The notes: generated by a model not told the origin, from the sequence alone. DNA of 63,970 bases, filler included, from Octopus bimaculoides (GCF_001194135.2; 5 parts of 5 records of this genome joined end to end with filler, not necessarily neighbours in it); one strand, 5' to 3'. Shown: positions 13,400-26,640, numbered from the whole stretch's first letter. Numbers and translations are program-made.

Positions 13400-14137
13400 N
13401 NNNNNNNNNNNNNNNNNNNNNNNNNNNNNNNNNNNNNNNNNNNNNNNNNNNNNNNNNNNNNNNNNNNNNNNNNNNNNNNNNNNNNNNNNNNNNNNNNNNN
13501 NNNNNNNNNNNNNNNNNNNNNNNNNNNNNNNNNNNNNNNNNNNNNNNNNNNNNNNNNNNNNNNNNNNNNNNNNNNNNNNNNNNNNNNNNNNNNNNNNNNN
13601 NNNNNNNNNNNNNNNNNNNNNNNNNNNNNNNNNNNNNNNNNNNNNNNNNNNNNNNNNNNNNNNNNNNNNNNNNNNNNNNNNNNNNNNNNNNNNNNNNNNN
13701 NNNNNNNNNNNNNNNNNNNNNNNNNNNNNNNNNNNNNNNNNNNNNNNNNNNNNNNNNNNNNNNNNNNNNNNNNNNNNNNNNNNNNNNNNNNNNNNNNNNN
13801 NNNNNNNNNNNNNNNNNNNNNNNNNNNNNNNNNNNNNNNNNNNNNNNNNNNNNNNNNNNNNNNNNNNNNNNNNNNNNNNNNNNNNNNNNNNNNNNNNNNN
13901 NNNNNNNNNNNNNNNNNNNNNNNNNNNNNNNNNNNNNNNNNNNNNNNNNNNNNNNNNNNNNNNNNNNNNNNNNNNNNNNNNNNNNNNNNNNNNNNNNNNN
14001 NNNNNNNNNNNNNNNNNNNNNNNNNNNNNNNNNNNNNNNNNNNNNNNNNNNNNNNNNNNNNNNNNNNNNNNNNNNNNNNNNNNNNNNNNNNNNNNNNNNN
14101 NNNNNNNNNNNNNNNNNNNNNNNNNNNNNNNNNNNNN

Positions 14138-14179
<42 letters not shown>

Positions 14180-14329
14180 GCGTTGGTGCAGCTGTGTACA
14201 ATCATGGGTCCGCAAAAATGCAACGAAATTGGTTATTAATGCCCACTTTCTACCTTGAGGTGCTGAGAAGTCAGAGAGAGAAGAGTTGTGAACAGCATCA
14301 GAGCTAGCAAGAACAGGTTCTAGAAGCTG

Positions 14330-14700
14330 CTCTCCCTATGGCGCAGCCAGTTCGTTCGTCGTTTCCAGTTCTGTAGAGAGCGAAAGAAACCCTCTCGTCC
14401 TAAATGTGGCGAATTGACAATCGGAGATCCCTTAGCTCGGTCAAAAATTGTAATACCTTCCATCAGAGTCATGCGACGATAAGGAGAATATGGAGAACGA
14501 AGAGAAGTAGCAATCTATTGGGAAGTTAAAAAGAAAGCAGAAAGGCGGCTTGCAAAGCTAAAAAATGGACGAGCAGAATGTATGTTATAGCCAACGAGGA
14601 TTTGAGGGATGCTTTTAACGTACTGCACGAGGAAAGAAAATACGAAGTACATGAAGAGGACGATTATATAACAAATTCATTAGTTATGTATGATTATACA
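14330..14700 (+). mobile_element. Possible degraded RTE-like LINE linker fragment
   Basis: YWEVKKKAERRLAKLK and DAFNVLHEERKYEV weakly resemble the EN-RT linker of RTE LINEs. Confidence 0.25.
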
Positions 14701-14898
14701 GACGTACCAGGAACCTTTGTGTTTTTTCTGAGCCACTCCATCACATGTGCTGCTCAAGGATAATCTATGTGTTAACCATTTTGACTATCTAGTTGTAAAA
14801 GACATGGACGTTATATAAGAATGTGCTCCGTGCAAGAGTCTAATACTATTCTTTCTATCTTTTTGTTGAATACATTTTTAAATAAAATTTGTTGTTAT

Positions 14899-14931
<33 letters not shown>

Positions 14932-14972
14932 GTTAAAGCTTTTTCCTCATACATGAAAGCTTTTTCCTTATT

Positions 14973-15152
14973 GGCGCAGGCGTGGCTGTGTGGCAAGAAG
15001 CTTGCGTTCCAATCAAATGGTTCTGGGTTCTACTATAACCTTAGGCTGACAAAGCCTTGTGAATGGATTTCGCAAGCGGAAACTGAAAGCCCGTCGTGTG
15101 TGTGTGTGTGTGTGGTGTGTACGTGTGTGTGTGTGTGTGTGTGTGTGCGTGC

Positions 15153-15187
<35 letters not shown>

Positions 15188-15428
15188 CGTGCGTGTGTGT
15201 GTGTGCGTGCGTGTGTGTGTGCGTGTGTGTGCCTTTGTTTTTGTGTTTGTACCCCAGCACCACTTGACAAGATTCCTGTAACCTAGCGGTTCGGCAAAAA
15301 GAGAACGTTAGAATAAGTACCGGACTTTAAAAAAAATGTAGTACTGGGGTCGATTCATTCGGCTAAAAATTCTTCAAGGCGATACCTCAGTATGGCCGCA
15401 TTCCATTGACTGAAACAAATAAAAGATA
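14973..15428 (+). mobile_element. tRNA-derived SINE family A (ggagtggctgtgtggtaag..ggttcagtcccactgcgtggcaccttgggcaag; internal TA/TG microsatellite)
   Basis: A-box and B-box-like head. This copy has an internal deletion relative to the intact copy at 30291-30692. Confidence 0.8.
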
Positions 15429-15829
15429 AACGATATAATATTCATTTATATTTTCTAATAAAATGTTATTATGTCATACAATGCATAATGTCTGGTTCGC
15501 CCATCACTATATAATTTTGTATATACTCAAATGACTTTCTAACTACATTGTTAAATGTTTTTATATGCTTGAATGGATTGTATAGTGAATTACAATAAGG
15601 AATTATTATTGTGCTGCGATGATGGAATGGTAGGTTTGTAGAAGCAGCGAACAACATGCTAAGCGGCAGTACCAGTTGCATGCTGGAGTCGACAAGCCCC
15701 TCCCCAAAATTTTCAGGCCTTGTGTCTATAGTAGAAAGTATAATTATTATTGTTGTTATTATTATTATTATTATTATTATTGTTGTTGTTGTTGTTGTTG
15801 TTGTTGCTATTATTATTATTATTGTTGTT

Positions 15830-16019
15830 GTTATTCCGGGCGGAATGCATTGCGGCATTTCGTCCGTCTTTACGTTCTGGGTTCAAATTCCCCTGAGGTT
15901 CACTTTGCCTTTCATCGTTTCGGGGTCGATAAAAATAGTAGCAGCCAACTACTGGGGTCGATGTCATCGATTAACCCCCCTCCCCACAAATTCCAGGCCT
16001 TGTGCCTATAGTAGAAAGG

Positions 16020-16083
<64 letters not shown>

Positions 16084-16300
16084 GAGCGGTGAGCAGGCAG
16101 AATCGTTAATACGCCGGGCGAAATGCTTAGTGGTATTTCGTCTGTCGCTGCGTTCTGAGTTCAAAATCCGCCGAGGTCGACTTTTCCTTTCATCCTTTCA
16201 GGATCGATAAAATAAATACCAGTTACGCACTGGTGTCGATATAATTGACTTAATCCCTTCCCCAAAATTTCAGGCTGTGTACCTACAGTAGAAAGGATTA
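15830..16300 (+). mobile_element. Two tandem SINE family B copies, each ending in an (ATT)n tail
   Basis: Repeated gttcaaattc..gtcgactttgcc..gtagaaaggattattatt. Confidence 0.8.
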
Positions 16301-16427
<127 letters not shown>

Positions 16428-16467
16428 GATTATTATTATCATTATTATTACTATTACTATTATTATT

Positions 16468-17016
16468 GAGTGAGAGACCAGTGCATTTCATCAAAATGAC
16501 ATTGGAGTAAAATATACGAAGCCCAATATCCCCATCATGACTACCTGTCTGATAAGGGTACACCAAGATAGTGCATCACTACCATATGTGCGCGACATGG
16601 TGATCTCATATCAAGATTAACAGCGCATGACCTTGCGAGGGGGTGCAGTTAGAATTTCCTTTAAGTCGAGTAGCCCATCCCACTCAAAAGGTCCCTGAAT
16701 CAGGTTGTTTAATGATGATGAACGAAAAACTCATATTTCTAGAGGTGAATTATTCAAACCCCAAATAATTTCTTTCAACACATGACTACTCCCCCACTAC
16801 TTCTGTTTGTGAACAAAGACGAACATATCGTCAGCCACTAAAGGACATACTCAACTGGTTAAGGTCAAACAACTGACAAGCAAATCTGTGGTATTGAGCA
16901 GAATATTTGCTGTAGCCCATCTTTTATACCAAGACAAAACAATGTACATGATAACACTTCCAATCAGTTAAGATGAGAAGCCATGAGAGTCACTGCCTGG
17001 TACTGCATCAAGGCAT
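16468..17016 (-). mobile_element. Second full copy of the ~545-bp (TAA)n-embedded element, about 110 bp upstream of the gremlin acceptor
   Basis: Reverse complement of 7924-8466; (ATT)n on both sides. Confidence 0.8.
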
Positions 17017-17051
17017 TTATTATTATTATTGTTATTAGTATTGTTATTATT

Positions 17052-17089
<38 letters not shown>

Positions 17090-17128
17090 TATAAATGTTC
17101 TAATTTATTTTATTTTTACTTTTTCAGG

Positions 17129-17761
17129 ATGCATGCTTGTGACCTGTCAGTGAGCATCGTACTGCTGCTCTACGTAACCCTACCTTGCGGTGGCTGGGAC
17201 TTCCCACCACATGGCAGGAAAATACGAATTCCGCTACGTGTTTCAAACCGCTCTTCAGTGTTCTATCAGAGAGCCAAATTACCGCTGCGGGAGGAGTCCA
17301 GTATGATAATTACACCAAAATTGAAGAAAGAGGATGATAGCTTTAATATCGGCTTACCTCATCATCGGCGACAGGAATCTTCTGGATCGAGACAGGACAA
17401 ATTACCAATTAAAGGAAGCAAAACTGCATTCACTGTAACAAGAAAGAGCTACCTGCGTAAAGAATGGTGTAAGACTGAACTATTGAAACAGGTGATACGA
17501 GAGGAAGGCTGCTTGCGACAAACTGTTTTGAATCGCTTTTGCTACGGGCAATGTAATTCGTTCTTTATACCACGTAGTGGTAAACATGATGGTGGGGGAG
17601 CAGCATTCATGGCGTGCGGCTACTGTAAGCCGAGGCGTTACACTTGGATTAGGGTGACACTACGATGTCAAGGCGCAAAACATATGCGGTTCAAACGCAG
17701 GAAAGTACAAAGGATTAAACAATGCAAATGCATGGCACAGAAAGTAGATGGACTTTCATAG
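17129..17761 (+). CDS. grem: Gremlin (DAN/CAN-family cystine-knot BMP antagonist), 210 aa, complete in one coding exon
   Basis: Hydrophobic N-terminal signal ([17 protein letters not shown]). The C-terminus [52 protein letters not shown] has the 9-Cys DAN pattern and closely matches gremlin motifs ([15 protein letters not shown](Y/F)IP). Strong acceptor ttttcag at 17121-17127. Confidence 0.96.
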   Translation: MHACDLSVSIVLLLYVTLPCGGWDFPPHGRKIRIPLRVSNRSSVFYQRAKLPLREESSMIITPKLKKEDDSFNIGLPHHRRQESSGSRQDKLPIKGSKTAFTVTRKSYLRKEWCKTELLKQVIREEGCLRQTVLNRFCYGQCNSFFIPRSGKHDGGGAAFMACGYCKPRRYTWIRVTLRCQGAKHMRFKRRKVQRIKQCKCMAQKVDGLS

Positions 17762-17789
17762 AATTCAGCCACAGTACTACAGGGAACAC

Positions 17790-17856
<67 letters not shown>

Positions 17857-18156
17857 TATGTATACATATATATATATTTACGCATACATATCTATGTACA
17901 TATAGATATACACACACATATGTACACATGCACACTCATAATATATGCACATGCATATATATTTTGTAATAATTGGCCAGATGGGCAGTGCCCTTACATA
18001 ACATATGTAGTATTTTTACGAGAAAAACAATGACGAACAAATCGACCTGAATCGAACATGCATCGACAGGTTAACGTGCAAACATGCTCACTACTACGCT
18101 ACAGAAACACTGTTATCTACAAAATCGTATTTATTTTTGTTCACGAGGTATATATA

Positions 18157-18256
18157 NNNNNNNNNNNNNNNNNNNNNNNNNNNNNNNNNNNNNNNNNNNN
18201 TTAATTAATTAANNNNNNNNNNNNNNNNNNNNNNNNNNNNNNNNNNNNNNNNNNNN
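18157..18256. other. Artificial contig spacer N44-TTAATTAATTAA-N44
   Basis: Exactly 100 bp with stops in all six frames. Identical spacers at 47217-47316, 56997-57096 and 62864-62963. Confidence 0.95.
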
Positions 18257-18312
18257 ATATGCTTATTTCACATTCTGCCCTCCCTGTTGTTATCTTAAGA
18301 GGATTAAGAGAC

Positions 18313-18347
<35 letters not shown>

Positions 18348-19073
18348 TAATAGTAATAATAATAATAATGATGATAATTCTCATTGATATAATAAAACCC
18401 CTTTATTTTAGTAGATGTTTTGACTTATCAATTAGATTTTGGGTATTGAAAGATGGGCAGACAGTGGGGGGTTGGTAGGGAAGAAGACTGAAGAAGATAA
18501 AAAGATGAACGAGAAGATGATGAAGAAGGAGGGAGAAGAAGAAAAAGATGACTGAAGAAAGAAGGGGAAGAAGTGGAAGAAGAAAAGAAGTCATGGAAGA
18601 AGAAGATGTTATTGTTCCCTATTTTCGTTTACCGTTTCCTTTATGGTGGTTTTGACAAAATTATGAATTATTTACAATTTCTTGCTCCCCCACCGGAATT
18701 TCTCTTGTTTTAGCCTCTGTTTTATTATTATTAGCAACATCGTCATCGTCATCACACCGTTGCTATTATGGAACAGCAAACATGTATTCCTTGCCAAAAT
18801 ATCCCACCATGCCCCCACCCTGTCCTGCCAGAAGATGGCAATCTTGAAGAACAATGATAAAAAGATCCAGTTGGTGGGGGGAGGCTGAAGGGGAGTAACA
18901 TGTATCAACAAAGTCTCCCTCCTATTATGATGAATATTTCCACAATCAAGATGATGGCATCTTATGGTGCCCAACACCCCTCTCCTTCTTCAGGCCTTCA
19001 ATTCCTTTATCTTGGAATTCTCTCTCCCTTTTTTTTTACCTGTATTGCATGTGTGCGTGCGTGTTTGTTTGTT

Positions 19074-19118
<45 letters not shown>

Positions 19119-19302
19119 TTAAATATTTGGATTCTTTTGCCATGGGTGGTAACATTTTAAGTGGGTTTTCTCTTCTGATATCATTTCAATCTTAATATAT
19201 ATTTTTTTTCTATCCCAAATATATTCTCAGAATATGCATATATTTCTGAGTTGTGGGGGTGCATATTTAGGAAGATACACACACATACACACACACACAC
19301 AC

Positions 19303-19377
<75 letters not shown>

Positions 19378-19959
19378 NNNNNNNNNNNNNNNNNNNNNNN
19401 NNNNNNNNNNNNNNNNNNNNNNNNNNNNNNNNNNNNNNNNNNNNNNNNNNNNNNNNNNNNNNNNNNNNNNNNNNNNNNNNNNNNNNNNNNNNNNNNNNNN
19501 NNNNNNNNNNNNNNNNNNNNNNNNNNNNNNNNNNNNNNNNNNNNNNNNNNNNNNNNNNNNNNNNNNNNNNNNNNNTGTGTGTGTGTGTGTAATAAATTCC
19601 ATTTGTCTTATGTTCAGATCTAAAATCTCAAGGAGATTTTCAAAATATTTAAACATCATCCAAAAGAATTCAGTGAAACAAAAGTAATTTTGTTCCTATC
19701 AAAACTTATCATTTTTGTTGTTGTTTCTAATATTCTTTTGCCCTCAATGACTTTTTTTATTAAACCAACTTAAAACCTTGATTTTTGTTTTCCAAAATAA
19801 CTGCAAAAATTATTAGAATCCAATAGTATTTGTGCAATGGAAAATATATCGATTGCTTTTTTTTAAATTTTATTCCTTGACATTTAGATCTGAAAGTGGA
19901 TCAAATGAATTAAATTCTATTAATCTCAAATTAGTTGGAAATTCTTAGAAATGATGAAC

Positions 19960-21710
19960 TTTGAGTTGCTGAACGCAGGAACTATATCCAGGAAGGTGAG
20001 ATTCCAGGTTTCTCAGGATGTCTGGAACACGCCTGAGTTCTCAGCCAGGTGATCCGGAAGGCCAAGGGAAGCAAAGACAACTTGACAATGGTCTGGTTAG
20101 ATCTGGCAAACGCATACTGATCAATTCTTCATGCCCTTGTATATGCAGCCTTTGACTTCTACCATATCCCTCTGCACATCGAGGGAATAATCACCAGCTA
20201 CTTTTGGGGGCACCCAGGTACACTTCACAACTCAGTGGCAGGACCTGGAGAAAGGAATCATAAGTGGTTGCACAATTTCCACACATCCTTTTCATCATGG
20301 AAATGAATCTCCACAGGAGTGGCTGTGTGGTAAGTAGCTTGTTTACCAACGACATGGTTCCAGGTTCAGTCCCACTGCGTGGCACCTTGGGCAAGTGTCT
20401 TCTACTATAGTCTCGGGCCGACCAAAGCCTTGTGAGTGGATTTGGTANNNNNNNNNNTATATATATGTTTGTGTGTCTGTGTTTGTCTCCCCCACACACA
20501 CCATTGCTTGACAACCGATGCTGGTGTGTTTACGTCCCTGTAACTTAGCGGTTCGGCAAAAAGAGACCGATAGAATAAGTACGAGGCTTACATAGAATAA
20601 GTCCTGGGACCAACAATGGTCCCTGGGTTTCATTGGTCCCCAAGCAGCCAAAAACGTTCAGTAAGGGGTTTCATGGATGATCTTACAGTATGGGCTAGAA
20701 TAAAGTTTAAGCCCGAGAAATCAAGGAGTATGGTGATCAGGAGAGGCAAATTGACAAATAGAATCAAGCTGCAAGTGCACGGAGAGGCCATCCCTTCAAT
20801 ATTGGAAAATCCAGTTGGATACTTTGGAAAGAGGTTTGACGATTTGCTCTCAGACAGAAGCAATGACACTAATGCTGTGAAGCAAGCAGAGAAGCGGCTG
20901 AGGAGGACTGAAAGATCAGGGCTTCCAGGAAAATACAAGGAATGGTTCTACCAACACAGACTGCTTCCTAGACTCGTGTGGTTATTGACAGAGTATGAGA
21001 TTCCAGTGACAAATACCTCCAAACGTGACTAGGTGTCCCTACAAGTTTCACTTCAATAGGCCTGTACATAAGATCAGGGCAGCTATAACTTCCCCTGTCA
21101 TTCATGGTGGAGGAATTCAAAGTCGTGAAATGTAGAGTTGCAATTATGTAGAGGAACTTGGAAAATGAGTGTGTCAGACATGCAAGTATTACCACAAAGT
21201 CTGGGTGAAAGTGGGTGACCAGCACCACAGGTGCACAGGGTGAAAGCATGCTGCAGCTACGTGACATCATGCAGGGGTTGGTAGGGTCTCGATTCTTCCT
21301 ATTTCCAACAATGGAAGAAGGCAGACATCAAGGAGAGGAAGGCCGTGGTCCCAGCAGAAGTGCAGAACTGGGAGGAAGAAAGAAGAAGGTTGAGTTGTAG
21401 AGTTGGTGTTTTGGGGTGCCTGGACTAAATGGGACCTCTCCAAGAAGGTCATATGGACAGACCTGTGGAGACTAGAACCTTTCTGTATCTCTTTCTTGCT
21501 GTAGACAATGTATGATACGTTCCCAATGTCAACAAACCTGCACAGATGGGATTTGAGTGCAGACCAGCCATATAGACTTTGTGAAGAAAAGGCACCCTGC
21601 ACACATCTTATCAGGGGACAAAATAGCACTTACTTAAGGGAGATACAAGTGACTCCACAACAAGGTGCTTGCAACACTCACCCACATCCTGGAGAAGGAA
21701 AGGCTCAACT
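19960..21710 (+). mobile_element. Degraded Hero/R2-superfamily RLE LINE (RT, thumb, zinc knuckle), interrupted by a SINE
   Basis: Frames give GFSGCLEH, VWLDLANAY, KGIISGCTIS, RGFMDDLTV, FKPEKSRS, YQHRLLPRL, YDTFPMSTNLHRW..CRLCEE and HNKVLATL. Contains stops and frameshifts. Confidence 0.85.
20313..20606 (+). mobile_element. SINE family A inserted into the Hero-like RT
   Basis: Splits the RT between MEMNL and GPTM..RGFMDD. Confidence 0.85.
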
Positions 21711-21943
21711 AACATCATCATCATCATTATCATCATCATCATAATAATCTTTTCTACTATAGGCACAAGGCCTGAAATTTGAGGGAGGGGATAATCGATT
21801 ACATTGACCCCCAGCACATAGCTAGTACTTAATTTATCAACCCCAAAAGGATGAAAGGCAAAGTCGACTCAGAGCATAGCGACAGGTGAAATACCGCTAA
21901 GCATCTCATCCGGCATGCTAACGATTCTGCCAGCTCGCCGCCC

Positions 21944-22005
<62 letters not shown>

Positions 22006-22119
22006 GCCATGATCATAATAAATGATAACAAAAATCTCTTACTAAATATTCTATAATGTAATGTGTGTGATGTCATATATTTAATGATTGTTAATTAATA
22101 TCTCGTTTGTCTGTTGCAG

Positions 22120-22190
22120 ATCAAGCTGACTCAAGCTCACAAGCCTGCCGCACCTGGTATAAAGCGGAACGAGTAGTTATGATGTACAAG
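22120..22190 (+). CDS. Candidate small exon of the spectraplakin gene (71 nt; phase 1 in, phase 0 out)
   Basis: Bounded by tttgtctgttgcag and gtgaga. The only open frame is xQADSSSQACRTWYKAERVVMMYK, and it is phase-compatible with the 28925 exon. It could instead be partly 5'UTR, with a start at the tandem ATGs. Confidence 0.55.
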
Positions 22191-23008
22191 GTGAGAGGCA
22201 TAGCACATTATAAATTGAAGCTATTAAACTGAGTAAAACATCTTCCTGTCCCCTGGGGGTATATACAGGTTTGAAATTTTGGTACAAGGCCAGCAATTTA
22301 GGGGAAAGAGTTTCGCTGATTACATCGACCCCATTGTCCTACTGGTATTATTTTATTGACCCCGAAAAGATGAGAGACAAAATTGACTTTGGCGGAATTT
22401 GAACTCAGAATATAAAGATGGAAAAAATTTTAAGCATCTCATCTGGCCTGCTAACGATTCTACCAGCTTGCCACCCTTCTGAGGGTATATGCTGAGTGTG
22501 GGTGTTGGGTGGTCACTGGGGAAATGTACACTACAGTGTATAACTATATAACGAATGAATGAGTGGAGGTGATGGGTGACAATGAGGGTGGTGGATGATG
22601 CTGAAAGTAGTGAGTGGCATTGTGGGTGGGGGATGGAAATTGAGGATTGGGTATGGTAGGGACAGTATGGTATATAATGAATAAGGGGGTGTGGAACATC
22701 AGGATATAGTAATTAATGAGGGGCTTTGGAACATCAGGGTTTCAATCAGGGTGGTAAGTGGTAGGAATATCACAGAGTGGGAGCGTGACATTTAATTTTG
22801 TCTATTTACGTTCTGGGTTCAAATTCTGCTGAGGTCGACTTTGCTGTTTATCCTTCTGGGGTAAATAAAATAAAATGCCATCTAAATATTGAAGCCAACG
22901 TCATTGACTAAGGGTCACCCCCACACTTAATTTTAGGTCCGGACATTGGGCAAAATGCCTTGTGGAATTTGTTACAGGTTTTTACATTCTGAGTTCAAAT
23001 CCCACCAA

Positions 23009-23700
23009 GGTCAACATTACCTTTCAATCTTTTGGGGGGCCAATAAAACAAGGTCCAAGTTGAGTTCTGGAATCAATGGTACTGACTGACTCCTCCCCAC
23101 CTGTTTCAGGCATTGGGGCTATGCTAGATACAGAGGAACAGAGGGTTAACTGAGTGAGGTGTGAATATCATGTAGGTTGAGGTCAGAGGGCTAACTGAGT
23201 CAGATGTATGGGGTTAACATGTAAATTAGGGAGAGAGGGTTAATTGATGAGATGTGAATATTATGTAGGTTGAGGTCAGAGGGTTAACTGAGTCAGATGT
23301 ATGGGGTTAACATGTATCTTGGGGAGAGAGGGTTAACTGGATGTTTGTGGATAATATGCATAATTGGACAGAGGGTTAATTGGGTGAGATGTGTATTGAT
23401 TATATGTAGACGGGGAAAGAGGGTTAACTGGGTGTGGTGTGTGCGCTGATAATGTGTAGATAGGGCCAACTTTACCTTTCAATCTTTTGGGGGCTGATAA
23501 AACAAGGTCCAAGACAAGCTCTGAGATCAGTGGTACTGATTGACCCCTCCCCACAAGTTTCAAGCATTGTGAGTATGCTAGATGCAGAGAGTTAACTGAG
23601 TGAGGTGTGAATATCATGTAGGTTGAGGTCAGAGGGTTAACTGGTTCACATGTACAGGGTTAACATGTAAATTGGGGAGAGAGGGTTAACTGGGTGTGAT
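23009..23700. repeat. Nested tandem duplication (~450-bp and ~92-bp periods) built on a gagggttaactg motif and a decayed SINE B
   Basis: 23009-23247 resembles 23462-23691; the tgtgaatat.atgtaggttgaggtcagaggg unit recurs at ~23161, ~23252 and ~23608. Confidence 0.8.
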
Positions 23701-24599
23701 TTGTGTTGATAATGTGAAGTTGAAACTGCTGTTGGGAGTCAGTGGTTTGAAGACAAAATATAGAATGTTGCCGTTTGGTATGGAGTCTAGAAAAGAGTAG
23801 AAAGTGTTGAAATGTTCAGCACAGACTGAAGAGTGAAGGGGGGGGGGGAAGAGAGAAAAAAAAAGGAGGGATATACACAGACAGTAAGTGAGAAAAGGCA
23901 AATAGAGAGAGAGAGTGAGAGGCACACAGTAAAGGAGAGTGAGGCAGAGGAAGTGAGATGATAGGGAGAGAAAGACAGTAAGGCAAAAAGAGAAAGAGAG
24001 AGGGACATAGTAAGAGTAAGTGAGGTAGAGAGAAAAGCACAGAGAGAGAGAGAGAAGTGAAGGGCAGAGTCTAAAATGGAATTTGATCATTTTGTTATTC
24101 TCGGTGTTCACTTGGGGAATTTTCCTGATCCCAAAACAAAGTTTATCTCTCTTTCTCTCTCNNNNNNNNNNNNNNNNNNNNNNNNNNNNNNNNNNNNNNN
24201 NNNNNNNNNNNNNNNNNNNNNNNNNNNNNNNNNNNNNNNNNNNNNNNNNNNNNNNNNNNNNNNNNNNNNNNNNNNNNNNNNNNNNNNNNNNNNNNNNNNN
24301 NNNNNNNNNNNNNNNNNNNNNNNNNNNNNNNNNNNNNNNNNNNNNNNNNNNNNNNNNNNNNNNNNNNNNNNNNNNNTCTCTCTCTTCCCCCCTCTCTCTC
24401 TTCCCCCCCTCTCTCTCTCCCCACAAGTTACGAGCATTTCATATCTCCTATCTTAGATTATTCTCCTCCGTTCTATTAACCTGAAGCTGTTTATTCCTGC
24501 TGGGCTTCTTATTTTTAGGATGTCTAAATATGGCACGTTTGGTTTCGTCATCCGTGAAGTCACGTGGCGGAAAAACAATCTGTTGAATAACAGGAATAA

Positions 24600-24910
24600 T
24601 AATCATCATCATCAGCATCATCATTCAATGTCCATTTTCCAACCTGGCATGGATTGGATGGTTTAACAGAAACAGACAAGTCAGAAAACTTACACCAAGA
24701 TCTGCTGTCTGTTTTGGCATGGTTTTCTACGGCTGGGTGCTCTTCCTGACGCCAACCACTTTACAGAGTATAGTGGGTGGTCCTTTTTAAGTGGCACCAG
24801 CACAGGTACTTTTTGCATGACACCAGCACAAGTGCTTTTTATGTGGCACCTGTACAGGTGCCTTTTACATGGTACCGGCTTGAGTGCTTTTTATGTAGCA
24901 CCAGCAGGTG
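24600..24910 (-). mobile_element. Interspersed repeat ending in aaccatccaatccatgccaggttggaaaatggaca..(GAT)n, probably an RTE-type LINE/SINE tail
   Basis: The same tail occurs at 25280-25450 +, 31330-31445 + and 58545-58605 -. Confidence 0.55.
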
Positions 24911-24955
24911 TGGGGTCACCATGTAACTTGCAGGACAAGACCCCCTCAACTGGGA

Positions 24956-25349
24956 GGAGTAGTATTATTGAGAGACTTAAAAAAAAGGTGTCTTATAGAC
25001 TTCTCTCTTAGAAAGTTTCTCTGTCCTACTGGCGCCAAACCATCTTTTACAAATTCTTCATTATTTTCAAAATTAATTGAAACAAAAAGCAATTCGAGTG
25101 GTTGGCATTAGGAAGGGAATCCAACCATAGAAACCATGCCAAATCAGNNNNNNNNNNGGAGTAGTATTATTGAGAGGCTTAAAAAAAAGGTGTCTTATAG
25201 ACTTCTCTCTTAGAAAGTTTCTCTGTCCTACTGGCGCCAAACCATCTTTTACAAATTCTTCATTATTTTCAAAATTAATTGAAACAAAAAGCAATTCGAG
25301 TGGTTGGCATTAGGAAGGGAATCCAACCATAGAAACCATGCCAAATCAG
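24956..25349. other. 192-bp duplication on either side of a 10-N gap (unmerged overlap or allelic artefact)
   Basis: 24956-25147 equals 25158-25349 apart from A24975/G25177. Confidence 0.85.
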
Positions 25350-26204
25350 ACTGGAACCTGGTGCAGCTCTCCTGCTTGCCAGGTCTTGCCAAACCATTCA
25401 ACCCATGCCAGCATGGAAAACAGATGTTAAATGATGATGATGATGATGATGATGAAAAGCAATGTATTTCATGCGAAATATGATAACAAAAGTGTTAAAT
25501 TGACCTAAACTAAAATGTTCCATCGAAATTGTTTGCTACTTCAGTTTCTGAACACCAGGTTAGTTACACCAAAGTTATTTTAGTAAGTCCCTCATTATTT
25601 TCAAAATTAATTGAAACAAAGATTATTTCAACAGAAATGGGGCAACAAAAAGGATTAAAAGGTTAATAATGATGGCTTTGACTTAAAAAGGTTAACTTTG
25701 CCTTTCACCCTTCTGCAGGCCCTTAAAATAAGGTATCACTCAAATACTAGTATGAGCTCTATCACCGAATCCTCTTTCAATCATAGTTCCGCCATTGTGC
25801 CATTTAGAGAAACAGTTGTATGAAATTCTTTTTGAAATATCAGAATCTCAGTGGACATTTATTCTTGAAGACTTTGACACTTTCTCCTTCCTAGCACAAA
25901 CAGGACACGCCTATAGAATGGTTTAGTTGTTTTGTTAAACATAATATTGCAGAATCTCTTAACATATCAGGTTTAGTATTTCACAAAGACATTATTCAGG
26001 ACTATATATAGCATTGCAGTTGGTGGGTGTTGACAGGAAAACGAATGCTGTTATTTGCGAGTCGTGATGACTTTGTGGTGTACACCATGCTTTAGGTGTT
26101 TGTGGAGACATGAGCTGACGGAAGCACCCTCTTAGTCCTCCTACTCTTGATCTAGTGGAGCCCAGTACATTGCCTGGAGGCCTCATATTACAAAGACAGA
26201 AGGC

Positions 26205-26640
26205 GGCGAGCTGGCAGAATCGGTAGCACGCCGGGCGAAATGCTTAGCGGTATTTTGTCTGCCGTTACGTTCTGAGTTCAAGTTCCGCCGAGGTCGACTT
26301 TGCCTTTCATCCTTTCGGGGTCGATTAAATAAGTACCAGTTTCGCACTGGAGTAAATATATAATCGATTTAATCCATGAGTCTGTCCTTGATTGTCCCCT
26401 CTGTGTGTAGCCCCTTGTGGGCAGTAAAGAAATAAGAAACGTTAGCACGCCGGGCGAAATGCTTAGCGGTATTTCATCTGCTGCTACGTTCTGAGTTCAA
26501 ATTCTGCCGAGATCAACTTTGCTTTTCATCCTTTCGGGGTCGATAAATTAAGTACCAGTTATGTACTGGGGTCGATCTAATCGACTAGCCCCCCCCCTCC
26601 CCAAAAATTTTGGGCTTTGTGCCTAGAGCAGAAAAGAATA
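26205..26640 (+). mobile_element. Dimeric SINE family B
   Basis: Two head-to-tail units starting gttagcacgccgggcgaaatgcttagcgg. Confidence 0.8.

Noticed and set aside
18470-18605. Lys/Glu-rich coding-like purine stretch
   Set aside because: Degenerate (GAA)n repeat with in-frame stops.
18769-18860. Short ORF MEQQTCIPCQNIPPCPHPVLPEDGNLEEQ
   Set aside because: 29 codons with no recognisable family or splice support; expected by chance.
23140-23700. Interstitial telomeric repeat or CRISPR-like array (GGGTTA-containing units)
   Set aside because: No tandem (TTAGGG)n. Spacers are themselves duplicated, the host is eukaryotic, and there are no cas genes.
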